Shown here in pieces: positions 51,028-63,522 of a stretch of DNA of 64,000 nt. The translations under genes were made by a program, and so were the position numbers. How positions within the stretch are numbered: position 1 is the first letter of the stretch; every line of letters begins with the position of its first letter. The notes below the pieces were generated by a model. It worked only from the letters and a program-made list of their open reading frames with translations. It was not told the DNA's origin and did not search any database. Location of the stretch: NCBI GenBank assembly GCA_965153285.1, contig OZ229110.1; one strand, written 5' to 3'. The stretch is from Podarcis tiliguerta. Its lineage: Eukaryota.

Positions 51028-51525
51028 AAAAAGGAATAATAATAATAATTCTTTAGGGAGCCAAATAGAAACCTTGGCTCTTCCAGTGTGTTGCTGTGTA
51101 CACATAATATATAGGCATAAAATCCAGAGAATCTTTGGTTGTTCCATAAGAGGCGAAGTATGATTACCTCAAGAATGTAAAATGAAAAGCACATACCACA
51201 TTCTGAGAACAGAGATAGGTAGGCATATATACATAGTCAAAGAAAATGACACAAAAGACTAAGATGAGATTCAGAGTGAAACTACATTCTGCTGGAAGAA
51301 ATGCAGCTATATTTATTTCCCCTCTTCTCCCTCAAGAATGTTATGTACAATGTGTGCTAAGCCTCCCTGCAGGAAATAATATTTTGCATGAACTGCTTCA
51401 ACATGTAGATATCTCAGGGAGTGATTTATGAAAAATCTAAAATACCGCCACAAGGATTAGGAAAGTGAAAGAGTAGAAGAATAAACTATACTGTACAGTA
51501 TTGTATAAGGGAAATAGGCTGCTAA

Positions 51526-51613
51526 GACTGCAGTCCTATGCACACTTACCTGAGAGTAAGCACTACTGATCTCAATGGGGCTTACTTCTGGGTAGAAGTG
51601 TAGAACTGAATGA
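51526..51613. mobile_element. ~90-bp hairpin MITE (possibly PIF/Harbinger-type)
   Basis: cctatgcacacttacctgagagtaagc...gcttacttctgggtag fold-back, with TAA on both flanks. A homologue is at 61033. Confidence 0.6.
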
Positions 51614-52381
51614 TAAGCATCCTTTTCTCTCTCTCCACCCTGACCCCCCCCCAAAGAGATTAACATGGTGGTTGAACTTAGCTGAAGGAGCAAAATGGTA
51701 AGGAAGTGTGTGTTATTCTCAGTAGAACAGAAGAAATTTATGGATCCTGCCATTCTCTCTCTTCAGTCCATATTTTACTTCAAACATACTGTATTCTAAA
51801 ACCATGAGAAAGGGCAACATCAGCGGATCAGCACTGCTATTTGTGATTCATAAGTACGTTTCACAATGCATGGCAATGTCTCCTTTGAAACTTAGGTTCC
51901 ATTCCATTCTGTGAAGGAAAATGTGAAGCATTTACCTTGATTCGCATTGTTTACCAGTACATCAGATGGGTTTTCCACCAGACTTTCATCCTTACTATCC
52001 AGAAAATTTATTGTTTAACAAGTTGTTAATTTGCTACAAACCCCCCCAAACTCCAGAAAGTTAGCAAGTGAAACGGGATAAATTCCAGCAAATGTAAAAG
52101 TTTCAGATATTCACTATCTCTGATACAGACAGGTTCATACTAAGCACTGAAATATCAAACTGTGAAGCAAGTAAAATCAAGCCAATTTCCTCCCTCCAAG
52201 TACTCTCAGGTATGGTTTTTAGCCTGGCATGGGGCAATGGTCAAGGACTTTCCGGAGTCAAGGAACAGAAGGAAATCTTATTAACTGTAAGTATTTTCTG
52301 TTTTGCAATGGGTTTGGCCGAAGATTTGAGACCAGTCTGTGGGTGGTTTTTGATGCCCAACAACCTGCATGTCAAAGGAAG

Positions 52382-52610
52382 TACAGTGGTACCTCGGGTT
52401 AAGGACTTAATTTGTTCCGGAGGTCTGTTCTTAACCTGAAGCACCACTTTAGCTAATGGGGCCTCCTGCTGCCGCTGTGCCGCCGGAGCACGATTTCTGT
52501 TCTCATCCTGAAGCAAAGTTCTTAACCTGAAGCACTATTTCTGGGTTAGCGGAGTCTGTAACCTGAAGCATATGTAACCTGAAGCGTATGTAACCTGAGG
52601 TACCACTGTA
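52382..52610 (+). mobile_element. Tc1/mariner MITE (CAGTGGTACCTC family)
   Basis: TA-CAGTGGTACCTC ... GAGGTACCACTG-TA. Confidence 0.93.
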
Positions 52611-52682
52611 GTAGCACCAGAGCTAAAGGCAAAAAACAGTTCCCCTTCCTTCTCCTTTTATAACATCCTAGAGTATCTGAGT

Positions 52683-52972
52683 GGGACGCGGGTGGCGCTG
52701 TGGGTTAAACCACAGAGCCTAGGACTTGCCGATCAGAAGGTCAGCGGTTTGAATCCCCGCGATGGGGTGAGCTCCCGTTGCTTGGTCCCTGCTCCTGCCA
52801 ACCTAGCAGTTCAAAAGCACATCAAAGTGCAAGTAGATAAATAGGTACCGCTCCGGCGGGAAGGTAAATGGCGTTTCCGTGCGCTGCTCTGGTTCGCCAG
52901 AAGCGTCTTAGTCATGCTGGCCATATGACCCGGAAGCTGTACACCGGCTCCCTCGGCCAGTAAAGCGAGATG
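52683..52972 (+). mobile_element. Sauria SINE lacking its 3' tail
   Basis: Intact 5' GGGACGCGGGTGGCGCTGTGGG. Homology stops at GAGATG and there is no (ACCTTT)n tail. Confidence 0.9.
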
Positions 52973-54560
52973 CAAATAATCTCCTCTCTCACAGGTGGAT
53001 CTTAACCCTTCTCTCACACCGAAAGAGATGGACCTTCCCAGCTCTCACTTGGGAGCTTCCCTTTCTTTTTCCAGCCTGGGAGATCTTCCCTTCCCTGCCT
53101 CTTATATGAAGTCTTTCACCTGCCTTCACCTTCTTGCAGGGAAAGAATGCATACCTCCCTTTCGAGATTAAAAACAGGGAGTTCTGTGTGAGAGAACTGG
53201 CTCCCCACTCCATCCATCTTGGGGGGAAAAAGGAATCTCCTACAAAAGCCCATACAACCCCTCGCTGCCTGGAGTACCCGTTGCCACCTACCCCTCACCA
53301 TTTATCCATGGCTTGCTTTTAATCTCCTCTCTTACTCCCACCTTCCTCATTACTGTTGACAAGCACATCCCCATTAATGTTCATGTTGAAGAAGCAGTGA
53401 AAAATGAAACATGAAGTTGTTTGTGGCATAACCCAGAAGCACACGGCTTTGTTTGTCTCCCTCGTGGGAGAGGCCATTTACCTTTTGATGCACCAGCCTC
53501 TCAACTGACAGTTTGACTGTACTCTTCCAACACATTGCATCCCCCTCCGCAGTTCAAAGCTCGCCCTAAACATGTGAGGATCACTGGAGTTCTGTTACAA
53601 AGTCGATTCCCCCCTGGGGTTTGGACACGTGCAGCCAGCTTGTTCTACATCCCAGGTCTCATCAGCTAAGATCTGGAAAACATATCCACACGTGTGCCTT
53701 CCCCTTCAGTGAATCCTCACACGTTCCCTCATTGAGGCAAAACACAGTTTTCTCAAGCGAGCCACATGTCTCAGAGTTAAAAATATCCACCCTCTCGCTC
53801 AGTGTTCATTCTTAGTTTGAGACGGGGGATATCCGCAGTCCTGCAGGTCAGTCTCGTAGCTGGATTCAAGATTCCGGAAATATCTTCAAACAGGCACAAC
53901 ATCGAATAAATGCAACACTGTCAGGGAACAGAAACTATGAATGCTGCATGATTTAGAAAGGTCACCTCTCTCACGGCTTGAAGGGCAGAATTTCAACAGG
54001 AGCACCTCAATATGAAGTATCCTTTGAGCAAAGAAGGAAGGGAGCCAAAACCATCATTTGCACTCCGCCTTATGAAATGAGTGTTGTTTTGGTTAGCAAT
54101 GGTTAACAAAAATTCTTTAAAAAGTACGCAGTGGTAGATGATAGACATATTTTGGAAGGAAGTTAACAAAGTGCTCCTCCCTAAATGTTTCATATTTAGA
54201 GCAGTGGAAGAAGCAGCCCAGCAAATGAAGTGCACGTTGTCTCAACATGAGGAGAATTCATGTATTTCTGCCTTCTTGGAAAATATGAGTTCAGACTGAT
54301 ATCAAATCTCCCTGCACACAGAAAAGCAACCTGTCAGGGAGAAAGGTTAAAACCTAGTCTTCCCCCCGACTTCCTACTTTTCTACATGCAGGGGAAATTC
54401 TTGTTGAAGACCACCCCCCCTGCAATCTGAAGTAGGCATTTGAAATTACTCTGCATCTACACTCTATAGCCCAACTGCCTGGCCTAAGTCAGCATTTACA
54501 CTATGTACCCCCCGCCCTGCATTAGCATAATTTCAAAATGACAAACCTGTGTAGATTATG

Positions 54561-54697
54561 CAGTGCTTTTTTTCTTAAAAAAATATTTAGGGGTACTCTC
54601 ATTTTCCTGCTCATATTGAAATACTGCCCCTCAATGAGGGCAAACTTAGATTCACAAAATGTTTGGGGTATGCGTCCCCCCAGAAAAAAAAGCGCGG
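54561..54697. mobile_element. hAT MITE (CAGTGCTTTTTT TIR family)
   Basis: Colinear with 18547-18694. Confidence 0.8.
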
Positions 54698-54819
54698 GGA
54701 AGGGGACCTGGGTTACAAGTTGGTTCCAGCCCCTCCAAAATGAGGGCCATTGCTAATATACCCTCACAGTTCATGGTACTGAAGCACTACCCTCAACCCA
54801 AATACTTAGCAAGTGTGCG

Positions 54820-55130
54820 TTATGCAAATCAAAAACTCAAAGTCTGAGACCACACGAAGAAGGAGGGTGCCACCACAGAGAAAGCCCTCTCCTGCACTGC
54901 CACCAACCCTGCCTCAGAAGGCAACATCATACATAAGAGCGGCACAAGAGCTAATCATAAAGGATAGGCAGATCTGCTTAAGAGAAGATGGTCCTTCAGG
55001 TAGTTTGGTTCCAACCTGTCTAGGGCTTTAGGGCTGATAGCCAGTGTCTTGAATTGGTACCCAGAAACAGACTGGAAGCCAGTGCAGCTAATACAATAAG
55101 GGAGAGTGGTCTCATCTCACCCAACTGCTG
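54820..55130 (-). mobile_element. Old L2 3' fragment
   Basis: gccaccacagagaaagccctct...ccttcaggta...cagaaacagactggaagccagtgcag resembles the L2 copy at 38381. Confidence 0.55.
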
Positions 55131-56659
55131 TGGTTCTGCATTAAGGAGCTGTTCAAGAGAGGGACTGGGTTTCATACACAAATAAATGGAGCTACTGTCA
55201 ATTATTTGACCGAAGGTGTGCACATGAAGTCCTGTCTGCTGCATGCATATACACTGTTGGAGTGAAGTCCAATGGAGCACTGAGGGAAATGTTCTGTCGG
55301 TGCAATGAATTCTCCACTTGCAATGGAACATTCTCAACCTCTCCTCCCAAAGTGGCTTGCTAACTGTTCTAGGGGTTCACCCAACACTCTCCAGCAGATT
55401 TGGGGAGGCTGCGGGGTACATTGCGGGGGGGGGGGGATCCTATTGCACAAGTGGAAACCCTTGGGATGATGGGACTTACCAGAACACTGCCCTTGGACTG
55501 GGGTCAAGGAACACTACCTGAGTCTCTCTCAGTTATCCTCGCCATCAGACTAGTATGGTGTGATCAGATACTGGTTCCAGCAGTGAGAATCTTGGTTACA
55601 ATCACACATTTAAGCCAGTGCTTGGACAAGACTCCTTCTATGGGTCACACCCCCCACCCCTCAGCGAGGCTCCCTCCTCACCACCATTATCACCAGCTGC
55701 TGTGGCTCCTCCTCCCCATCATCATCATCGCTGCGATCACATGCCTGCCTGCCAGGCAGAGAGCCCAATGAGCAACAAGGCAGCAGCATCTACAGATCTT
55801 TCATCTTGCCCACCTCCACTGTTGTCTCGGCCTGAGTGAGAGGAAGGTGAGCAAAGAGGTTGCAACAAGCAAAGAGGAGCAGGAGGTCCAGGGAGCTGTT
55901 ATCAACGGGTTCACTGCTGGTTTGTGGCCCCTTGGCGCTTTCCTGACCATGCAGACCCTCAGCACCAACTCTGCATACAAGAACAGGTCTCCATGAGAAG
56001 CAAGCACTGCTAGCTAACAGAGTCTCTTTCCTTCTTTGCCCTTTCTTTTTCTACAGCTCTACATGTGTTCCTTCCTCCCTCACCCCACCGCCGCCCAATA
56101 ACTTGACGTATGCATGCGGATGACTCATCCATGCCTAAGCAAAAACGAGATCAGCATCAGCCACCGCCTGGGAAAAGAAAGAAAAGGAGGTTGAGAACTG
56201 AGTTGGGGTAGGGGTGGGAGAAGGCTTGGTTTTTTGTTTTTGAAATGTCTGTAAGGATTTCAAACAGCAAAGCCAGAAATTGAATATTATTAAGAAAGGG
56301 GGAGGGGGAGAGAAAGACCCCTGGAGTCATGCTCCGCTTTCGCTTGACTTCTTGTAGCCCTTGGCTGGCACTGCCCAGAGTATCTAATTCCCAAAGACAG
56401 CTCTTTCCCTATGAATCATTACTTTGTCTCTGAACAGCACCAGGTAAACATTGTGCCTTCACACCCATGGAACTGCAGTGACACCTTTTCCCTTTCATGG
56501 TAGGCCAGCGAAGAAACTTCAAGGGAAGTACGGGGAAAGAGATGGTGGGGAAGGGGACACCATAGAAAGGTTTGTAGGCCCTTTGTTGTTATTCCACAAA
56601 GCCATTTGGAAAGCACAGAAGAACCACGAAAAGTGGTGGCTTGTCCCACACTATTAATA

Positions 56660-56840
56660 ACACAAGAAGAGACGTGGATCAGGTCAAAAGCCCACCTGCT
56701 AGTTCAGCATTCTGCAAGGTGGGCATGAGAGCAACAGCACTCTCCAAGAGTTTTCCACCAGTAATAGGGATTCAGAAGCATCCATTCCTGAGGTACTGGA
56801 GGTGATATTTAACCATCATGGCTAGTAGCCATTGATGGAA
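56660..56840 (-). mobile_element. CR1 3'UTR fragment
   Basis: ggatcaggtcaaaagcccac...gggattcagaagcat...ggctagtagccattgat, same family as 24328 and 61645. Confidence 0.6.
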
Positions 56841-58689
56841 TGACTTTATTGCTTTTCAGTTCAAAAATGGCTTTAATGCTTTTAGTTTATTTACTTTCCT
56901 GCATTTTATTGTATTGTACAGCTTCTTGTGGAATCCTCAAATAAATAAATGAATAAGAAGCCATTTCCTCCATGGATTTTTCTCATCTTCTCAAGCACTT
57001 CAGGTCGGTGGCCACAGCTATGCTCTCCCAAGTAGATCTCTTGTCTTATCCCAACCACAGAACTGTGTAATAATGTTATTCTGTTGAAAGGGATAAAAAA
57101 AAAATGAATGCACCAAAACATTCCGTTTTAGAAATCCACGGCTCCTTCTTCAAGATAAGATGCAATTTCAGGAGATAGAACAATCTTCAAAGCAGGTCAC
57201 CACAGATAAATGGGAAGATTCACCTGGTACCAGGTTTAGAACGAGGCAACTATTCTTTGGCGACAGCTGCTTTTGTAATGACAACAAAAAAGAAAAGGGG
57301 GGGGGGAACCTGAAAGATGTGTTGGATAAGAAAAAGTGGGGGAGAAATAATGCTAGAATAAAACAAGTGTATTAGCCTTTGTTGCTGGCACCAGAGACAA
57401 TGGAGTGCTTCTCTGGGGGTGAAGTCAAACTGCTGCATTCACAACACCGAAGTGACCTCTTCGGGGCACAGGCCTGGGTAGTCTGTATGGAGGAGCTGAG
57501 CTGCCTAGATTACAGACCCCCCCCCCCCGGCCTTGCTGGTGTGGTCCAAAGGAAAGCAGAGCAATACATTTGGCACCAGCTTGGTTGCAGGAGTCGCCAG
57601 AAGGAAGCATACATGACACCATCCAACTGTCTTAAGGACTCCACTCCGGATTTGTGTAGGATTTACTCCTTAGCCTTTTCTTCTCCCAAAGATATCCCAC
57701 AAGGCAGTGGATGTTTAGGATCAGAGTTTTCCTTCTCTTAGATGGGCTACCTTCCCAGGTTGACAAGACCCCTTTGCCCCTCACGTCCCTCTCCAGCATG
57801 TGCAGAAACGGCCTTCTTGACCGTTAGACCCAGTATTGGGTCCACTGGAGCCAGCCGTCACATGCAAGGGAAGTCCCTAACCCTCTGAGGGTCTGAGACC
57901 CATCAGCCACTGTCATCTGGTTTAGCTGGCCAGTCAAATGTGTTTCCCGAGGTGTGTTCACTGCTGCATGCTGACAGCTTCTAAGAGCCACAGGTGAGAG
58001 ATGAGTACAGGGTGGGGACCAAAACTACCCCAGAAGAAGCATAACGTGTGCCCTCTAAAGATACTATCCCTTTCCTAACACCACGTACCTCCCTGTGTAT
58101 TGACCATACTTTTGGAATGAAGAGAGACGGGGGAAAACATGAGAAATGATTTGCAGCACAAAGGCAGGTACAATAGAAAAGAGTTTTGCAAAACTCCACT
58201 TACTGAGAAGAATGCACTGAATGTTCCAAAGGCAAAACACAAAACTCGTGTTCCGCTTGCAGTTTCAGCAGCTGGAAGAATAGTCTCCTCTCCCATACCT
58301 CACATGGTGGGCAACTGACACTTGGCATTTGTACATTGAAGAAGTGGCTTGGAGCCTGACAAAGGAGCCTCAGGATACCACACACTGTGAGAAGCTTGAG
58401 GGTGACTGAGATATTGGACAGTCAAACAAACTGCCTGGACAGAGGACAAGGGGATCGCCAGTAGATAAAAAGAGCCCGGCTGGATCAGACCAAAGCATGT
58501 CTAATCAAGCACCCTGTTCTTTCACACTGGATTTTATGGTGAAAGACAGAAGAGGAAACAGACTGGTTGGTTAGGTTTTGTGAAAATAGCTTGTGTGTTT
58601 CAATTGGGTTTATATATTGATGATTTTACTGACTTATATATGATAAAATGGAAAGGGGTTGCTTCTGACCTTCTTCTTCATATTGGCAA

Positions 58690-58872
58690 ACAGTGGAAGA
58701 GCATCTGCCTTGCATCCAGAAGGTCTCAAGCTCAACCCCTGGCATCTCTCCATGAGAGAACCCAGCCTGAAACCCCAGAGAGCTGTGTGGTCAGTGTAGA
58801 CAGTGTAGACGGTGTAGACAATACTGAGCTAGATGGATCAATGAGTCTGGCTCTGTACAAGGCAACTTCTTA
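58690..58872 (+). mobile_element. tRNA-derived SINE
   Basis: cagtggaagagcatctgccttgcat...cctgaaacc...cagtgtagac(repeated)aatactgagctagatgg. Confidence 0.75.
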
Positions 58873-59214
58873 CTTGCCCTTTCCCAAAAGGTCTCAGGGC
58901 AGGTTAGAACGATGTGGTCATATAATATTAAAGTCTACTGAAGTTAAACTATTTAAAACAAACCAAATAATGTTCATCAAAGAATCAGACAAGCCTTAAC
59001 TGTCAAAGGCCAGCATAAAGAGGTAGGTCTTCAGCAAATGATGGAAACAACATAATTAAGATGCTTGATGCACCTCTGTGGAGAGGGGGTTCCACATTTT
59101 GGGAGCTGCCGCTAAGAATGTCCTCTCTAGGCTGCCTCTCCTAGGCATCCAAGCTCTCCCTCTCCATTTCTCCCCTCAAAATACTCAAAGCAGCTGACAG
59201 TACAACAAAAGCAA

Positions 59215-59215
<1 letters not shown>

Positions 59216-59246
<31 letters not shown>
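59216..59246. repeat. (GT)n microsatellite
   Basis: Seen directly. Confidence 0.95.
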
Positions 59247-59250
<4 letters not shown>

Positions 59251-59318
59251 AAAACCCAGAGTCTGAGATTTATCCTACACACCCAGAAAGGATAAATGGT
59301 TTGTTAAAGCATTCTATT

Positions 59319-59580
59319 TACAGTGGTATCTCGGGTTTAGAACTTAATTCGTTCTGGAGGTCCGTTCTTAACCTGAAACTGTTCTTAACCTGAGGTACCA
59401 CTTTAGCTAATGGGGCCTCCCGCTGCTGCCCCGCTGCCACCACACAATTTCTGTTCTCATCCTGAAGCAAAGTTCTTAACCCGAGGTGCTATTTCTGGGT
59501 TAGCTGAGTCTATAACCTGAAGCATCTGTAACCTGAAGCGTCTGTAACCTGAAGCATCTGTAACCCGAGGTACCACTGTA
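59319..59580 (+). mobile_element. Tc1/mariner MITE (CAGTGGTACCTC family)
   Basis: TA-CAGTGGTATCTC ... GAGGTACCACTG-TA with four subterminal 16-bp repeats. Confidence 0.93.
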
Positions 59581-60234
59581 TAATTCTTGCTAAGTACTTT
59601 TTACATCAGATTCAACCGCTGGCTAATCTAGCAGTATTGCATAAACTTAACGGGATGCTTTAAAACCCCTTTCCCAAATTTTAGTGCAACAAAGCTGAAG
59701 GAAGTTTGATGATTGATGGATTTTGCTTGTAATGATCACACTGTGGGCGCACAAAGTATTCCTCTGGAGGCTGGCAACCTTCCTGGGCTCGGTTCTGCCA
59801 ATGCAATTCTGCCGTGACCTCCATCAGCACCTGCTGTTCCCCTCTGCTCTCCTGCCAATTCACCTCAGTGCTGAACTACCACAGAACCTTGCTAAGCAAA
59901 ACATGCTCCAGACTGAGCCAAACTGGAAAGCAGTTTTGAGAAGAAAAAGAAGAGGGGGACAGAGATTTCTGTGCTGCGGCTTTCTAGTCAGAGGTAAGGG
60001 CCGGATCCAGTGCAGAACGAGTGATGTGCAAGAGGGAGCCTTCCATTCATCCCATTCCTGCCACTGCTTGTACAGAATGATCCCACGTATGTGTTCTTGT
60101 TAACAAACAGACCCACAGATGCACTCCCATCCTATCTAAAGAGAGTGAGCTATCATGCAAGTGGAGCCCTGGTGCCCAAGCACAGGAGTTGAGATGATGA
60201 TTAAAATGTCTACAGTGGTACGTCAGGGGCCTCA

Positions 60235-60425
60235 TAGGAACATAGAAAGTTGCCATATACTTAATCAGACCAATGTTCTATCTAGCTCCTTATTGCCTAC
60301 AATGAACAGCAGAGGATCTCCAGGGTTTCAGGCAGAGGCACTGGCAGCCCAACCTGGAGGTGCCATAGACTGAACCTGCCACCTTTTGAATGCAAAGCAG
60401 ATGCTTTTCCATTGACCTATGGCCC
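60235..60425 (-). mobile_element. tRNA-derived SINE, degenerate
   Basis: taggaacatagaaagttgcc...ctccagggtttcaggcag...tgcaaagcagatgct. Confidence 0.7.
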
Positions 60426-61032
60426 TTATTGATTTGTTTTGTTTGCTTCATAAAATTGATGCACCACTAGATTGTAAAAAAAAACCCCAACAACCCTCAA
60501 AACAGTTTACAAAATGAACAAAACAATAAAATTATCAGTAAAAATCGTTAAAGCAACCATTTAAAAATATTGAAATCAGTGCCATATTTCAAACTTTTTA
60601 GTTTTGCCCAAGGTTTTTGAGCTTTTTGGACAGAAAAGCCAAAAGAGCCATTTTTGAGCTATTTCTATGTAAAAAAGGAAAAACAACACTGCTGACATGG
60701 GCTGCTATATGTCCGGTTTTCCCCATATTTGGGAGGGCTTGTCTAAACATAAATGTTCTTAGTAGGCGCCAGTACAGCGAGTTTTTGTGAGGGATATGCT
60801 GGGAAGCGGCTGGGATCCCAAACCCATCCAGTCTCCTATCACTCCTCCAAACCAGAGGGAAATGTAGATACTTTTCTCAGCATTTCTAAACCCATTTTCT
60901 GTCCTCTTATTTTCTGATTCTTTTTTCTTTTTCAACTCAAATCCCGGAAAGCGGAAGGAGGAATGGAGGAGAACGAAAAGGAGCCTGGCAAAGGCACTGG
61001 ATGGGTCAGCCAGTCATAAAATTGCAGCCTAA

Positions 61033-61122
61033 GGCTGTAATCTCATGCCCACTTACCTGGGAGTAAGCCCCACTGAACTCAAAGAGACTTAGTGTGGAGT
61101 AGACAGCTATAGGATTCCACGG
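61033..61122. mobile_element. ~90-bp hairpin MITE (same family as 51526)
   Basis: ggctgtaatctcatgcccacttacctgggagtaagcccc...taggattc, preceded by ATTGCAGCC-TAA. Confidence 0.6.
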
Positions 61123-61644
61123 TAATTCATGCTGAGTTTTAAGCAGACAAAAGGCTGTTCAATACAGCACCATGGTTTCCACTTAAATATTTTCTATAAC
61201 GTTTATCCTGGGTTCTACTGCTGTTGTTGTTTTCCCCACAGAAAAGCCAGGCATTTGCTACATCCTGCAAACAATTCCCCCTGCCATCTCTTCATGCCTC
61301 CCAGGAGGTCAGGCACTGTGTTCTGGAAAACATGTCTTACAAACAAACCAATATCCAATCTCGGGAGCCTCGAAGTGAAACATTTTCTATGTAATAGCTA
61401 GGGAGACAGCTGCACGACAAAGAGCTCAGAAATAGTGATACCACTGGTGCAGCCTTCTCTTAACAGCAGATGTAAGAAGACAAAGGTCAAGGTCAGCAAA
61501 GGCGACTTCAAAAGTAGCAGCCAGACAGTTTTAATGAACAAATACTGTGGGGTTGGAGGTGGGACCAAAGGTGAATTGCCTGCATGCTGTCGAGAAACTC
61601 GTACTATACACCATCTACTAGACAGGAACAAAATGGATTTTGCT

Positions 61645-61990
61645 AATACAAGAAGAGCCTGCAGGATCAGGCCAATGGCCCATCTGGTCCAGCATCCTGT
61701 TCTCACAGTGGCCAACCTGTGGGAAGCCTGCAAGCAAGACATGAGTGCAACAGTCCTCTGCCCATTTGTGATTCCTAGATTCAGAGGCATGATGCCTTTT
61801 GGAGGCAGAACATAGCCATTGTGGCTAGCCTTGTCCTCCATAGATTTGTCCAATCCTCTTTTAAAGCCCTTCAAGTGGGTGGCCATCACTGCTCCCTGTG
61901 ACAGCAAGTTCCATAGTTTACCTATGTGCTGCATGAAGAAGTGCTTTCTTTTATCTGTGCTGAATCTTCCAACATTCGGCTTCATGTTAT
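61645..61990 (-). mobile_element. CR1 LINE 3' fragment
   Basis: RFSTDKRKHFFMQHIGKLWNLL...LKGFKRGLDKSMEDK followed by the CR1 3'UTR. Confidence 0.88.
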
Positions 61991-63296
61991 GAGAGGGGGG
62001 GAGAGAGAGATTTTCCTCTACATACTCAGTTTCTCTGGGCCAGGCATAATTATAAAAACAAGAGCCCTCGCTCCGTCTTGCTCTTCAGCCACATTGCCTC
62101 TGAACTCTGTTCCATATATTCATCATGACTAAGAAACATATTCTCAATTAATATATCAAATTCCCTTTTCAAGTAATGTGAGGGGCCACTGCCATAGTAC
62201 CTTGTGGCAGCATTTTCATAAACCAATTACACATTACTTGGTTGGAGACGTACTTTCTGTTGTCCAGCCTGACTCTCCTGACACAGAATTTCACTGGATG
62301 ACCCCAGGTCCATCTGGCCACCCTTTGCTTGTCCAGGCAGAAAGGCCCCTCACCACCACCTCTGTGCCCAAGTCAGTGGGTGAGTGGGTGGGAATATAAC
62401 CTTCCACAATGTCCTCTCCCTCCTCAAGACTGGCACCACCCTGTGGTTTCTTCTTCCCAAGTCTCTCAGTTCACGGGGAGCTGTTAATGAAAGCGCTGTG
62501 AGTGGTGGCCTGTGGAGAAGCAGAACTTAGAATGTCACAGCTCATTTCGGGAAGGAGGAGATAAAGGCACCCCGGAGCCCTGATTTTTGTTCGCATGTCA
62601 CATCAGTGTCTGCTAAGGACTCCACAGCAGTGGAAATCTCAAGGGGAAAAACACTCCACGTGAAAAGCAATGCGCTTTTGGAAATTGGGAAAAGGAAGAC
62701 AGGCAGAGAGAGAGAGAGAGAACGCTAAGTCAGCTGAGATGGTTCAGATAGTTATGAAAGGCTATTTTCAAGCTACCTTGAAGACTAAAATAGTCCCGTA
62801 CTGCTGCGTGTGTTTTCAACTAACGGCTGAGGTCTCTTTCCCAGCCATTTTTCCATGCTGCTTCTGATTCCACTCTTTGCCCTTCTCTCTTGTTACTCAA
62901 CTTGCTCACTCCAAGTAGGCAAATGAATGAGCTGCAGTTAAGGCAGGAACTGGGGAGTATATTTGGCAATGGCTGTAGGAGCACTGCCAGGTCTGAGGTG
63001 CTGTCTGGAAGGATCCCATATTGCCCTGGGATACTCCCTTCCCCTACTGCCCTCGGTGTCCTTACTGATCCACTGCTGCCCCATTTCTCCCTCCCACATC
63101 TGGGTCCTCTGGCACTTTCGTACCCTCCCCAACTGCTCCAGAGACTCTGCTTTGCTAACCCGCCTGCCGCATAAACTAAGACACAGAGGTGGAGAACAAG
63201 AAGGATCCCTTTAAAAACATTAATCAGGAAGAGACATGAGGCACCTGTTTCCTCCACCATCAGGTGCCAGTGCCTCTGATGGTCATTTAATAATAA

Positions 63297-63420
63297 CATA
63301 CCCTCCAACATTTCTCCAATAAAAATAGGGACATCCTAAAGTAAAGTGGGACATTCCAGGATCAAATCAGAAACCGGGATGGCTTCTCTCAATCAGGGAG
63401 GTCCCTGGAAAATAGAGACA
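63297..63420. mobile_element. hAT-like MITE fragment
   Basis: Starts CATACCCTCCAACATT and carries repeated aaatagggaca/gggaca subterminal motifs. Confidence 0.5.
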
Positions 63421-63522
63421 TGTGATAATTATAGTTTTATTATTTACATCTGCCCATCTGCCTGGGTTTCCTTCAGCTTTGGGGGCTGAAGGGAACTGGA
63501 CTTAGGCCCTGAGGTCCAAACC

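Noticed and set aside
57670-58010. Possible RTE-type LINE 5' region
   Set aside because: Only a vague recalled similarity with no protein motif, which is insufficient to annotate.
59510-59570. CRISPR-like short repeat array
   Set aside because: These are head-to-tail 16-bp repeats without spacers, inside a eukaryotic MITE.
43874-63311. Longer ORFs such as 44110-44493, 46327-46845, 48843-49295 and 62820-63311
   Set aside because: No recognisable domains, exon structure or coding-like composition. The lengths are compatible with chance.
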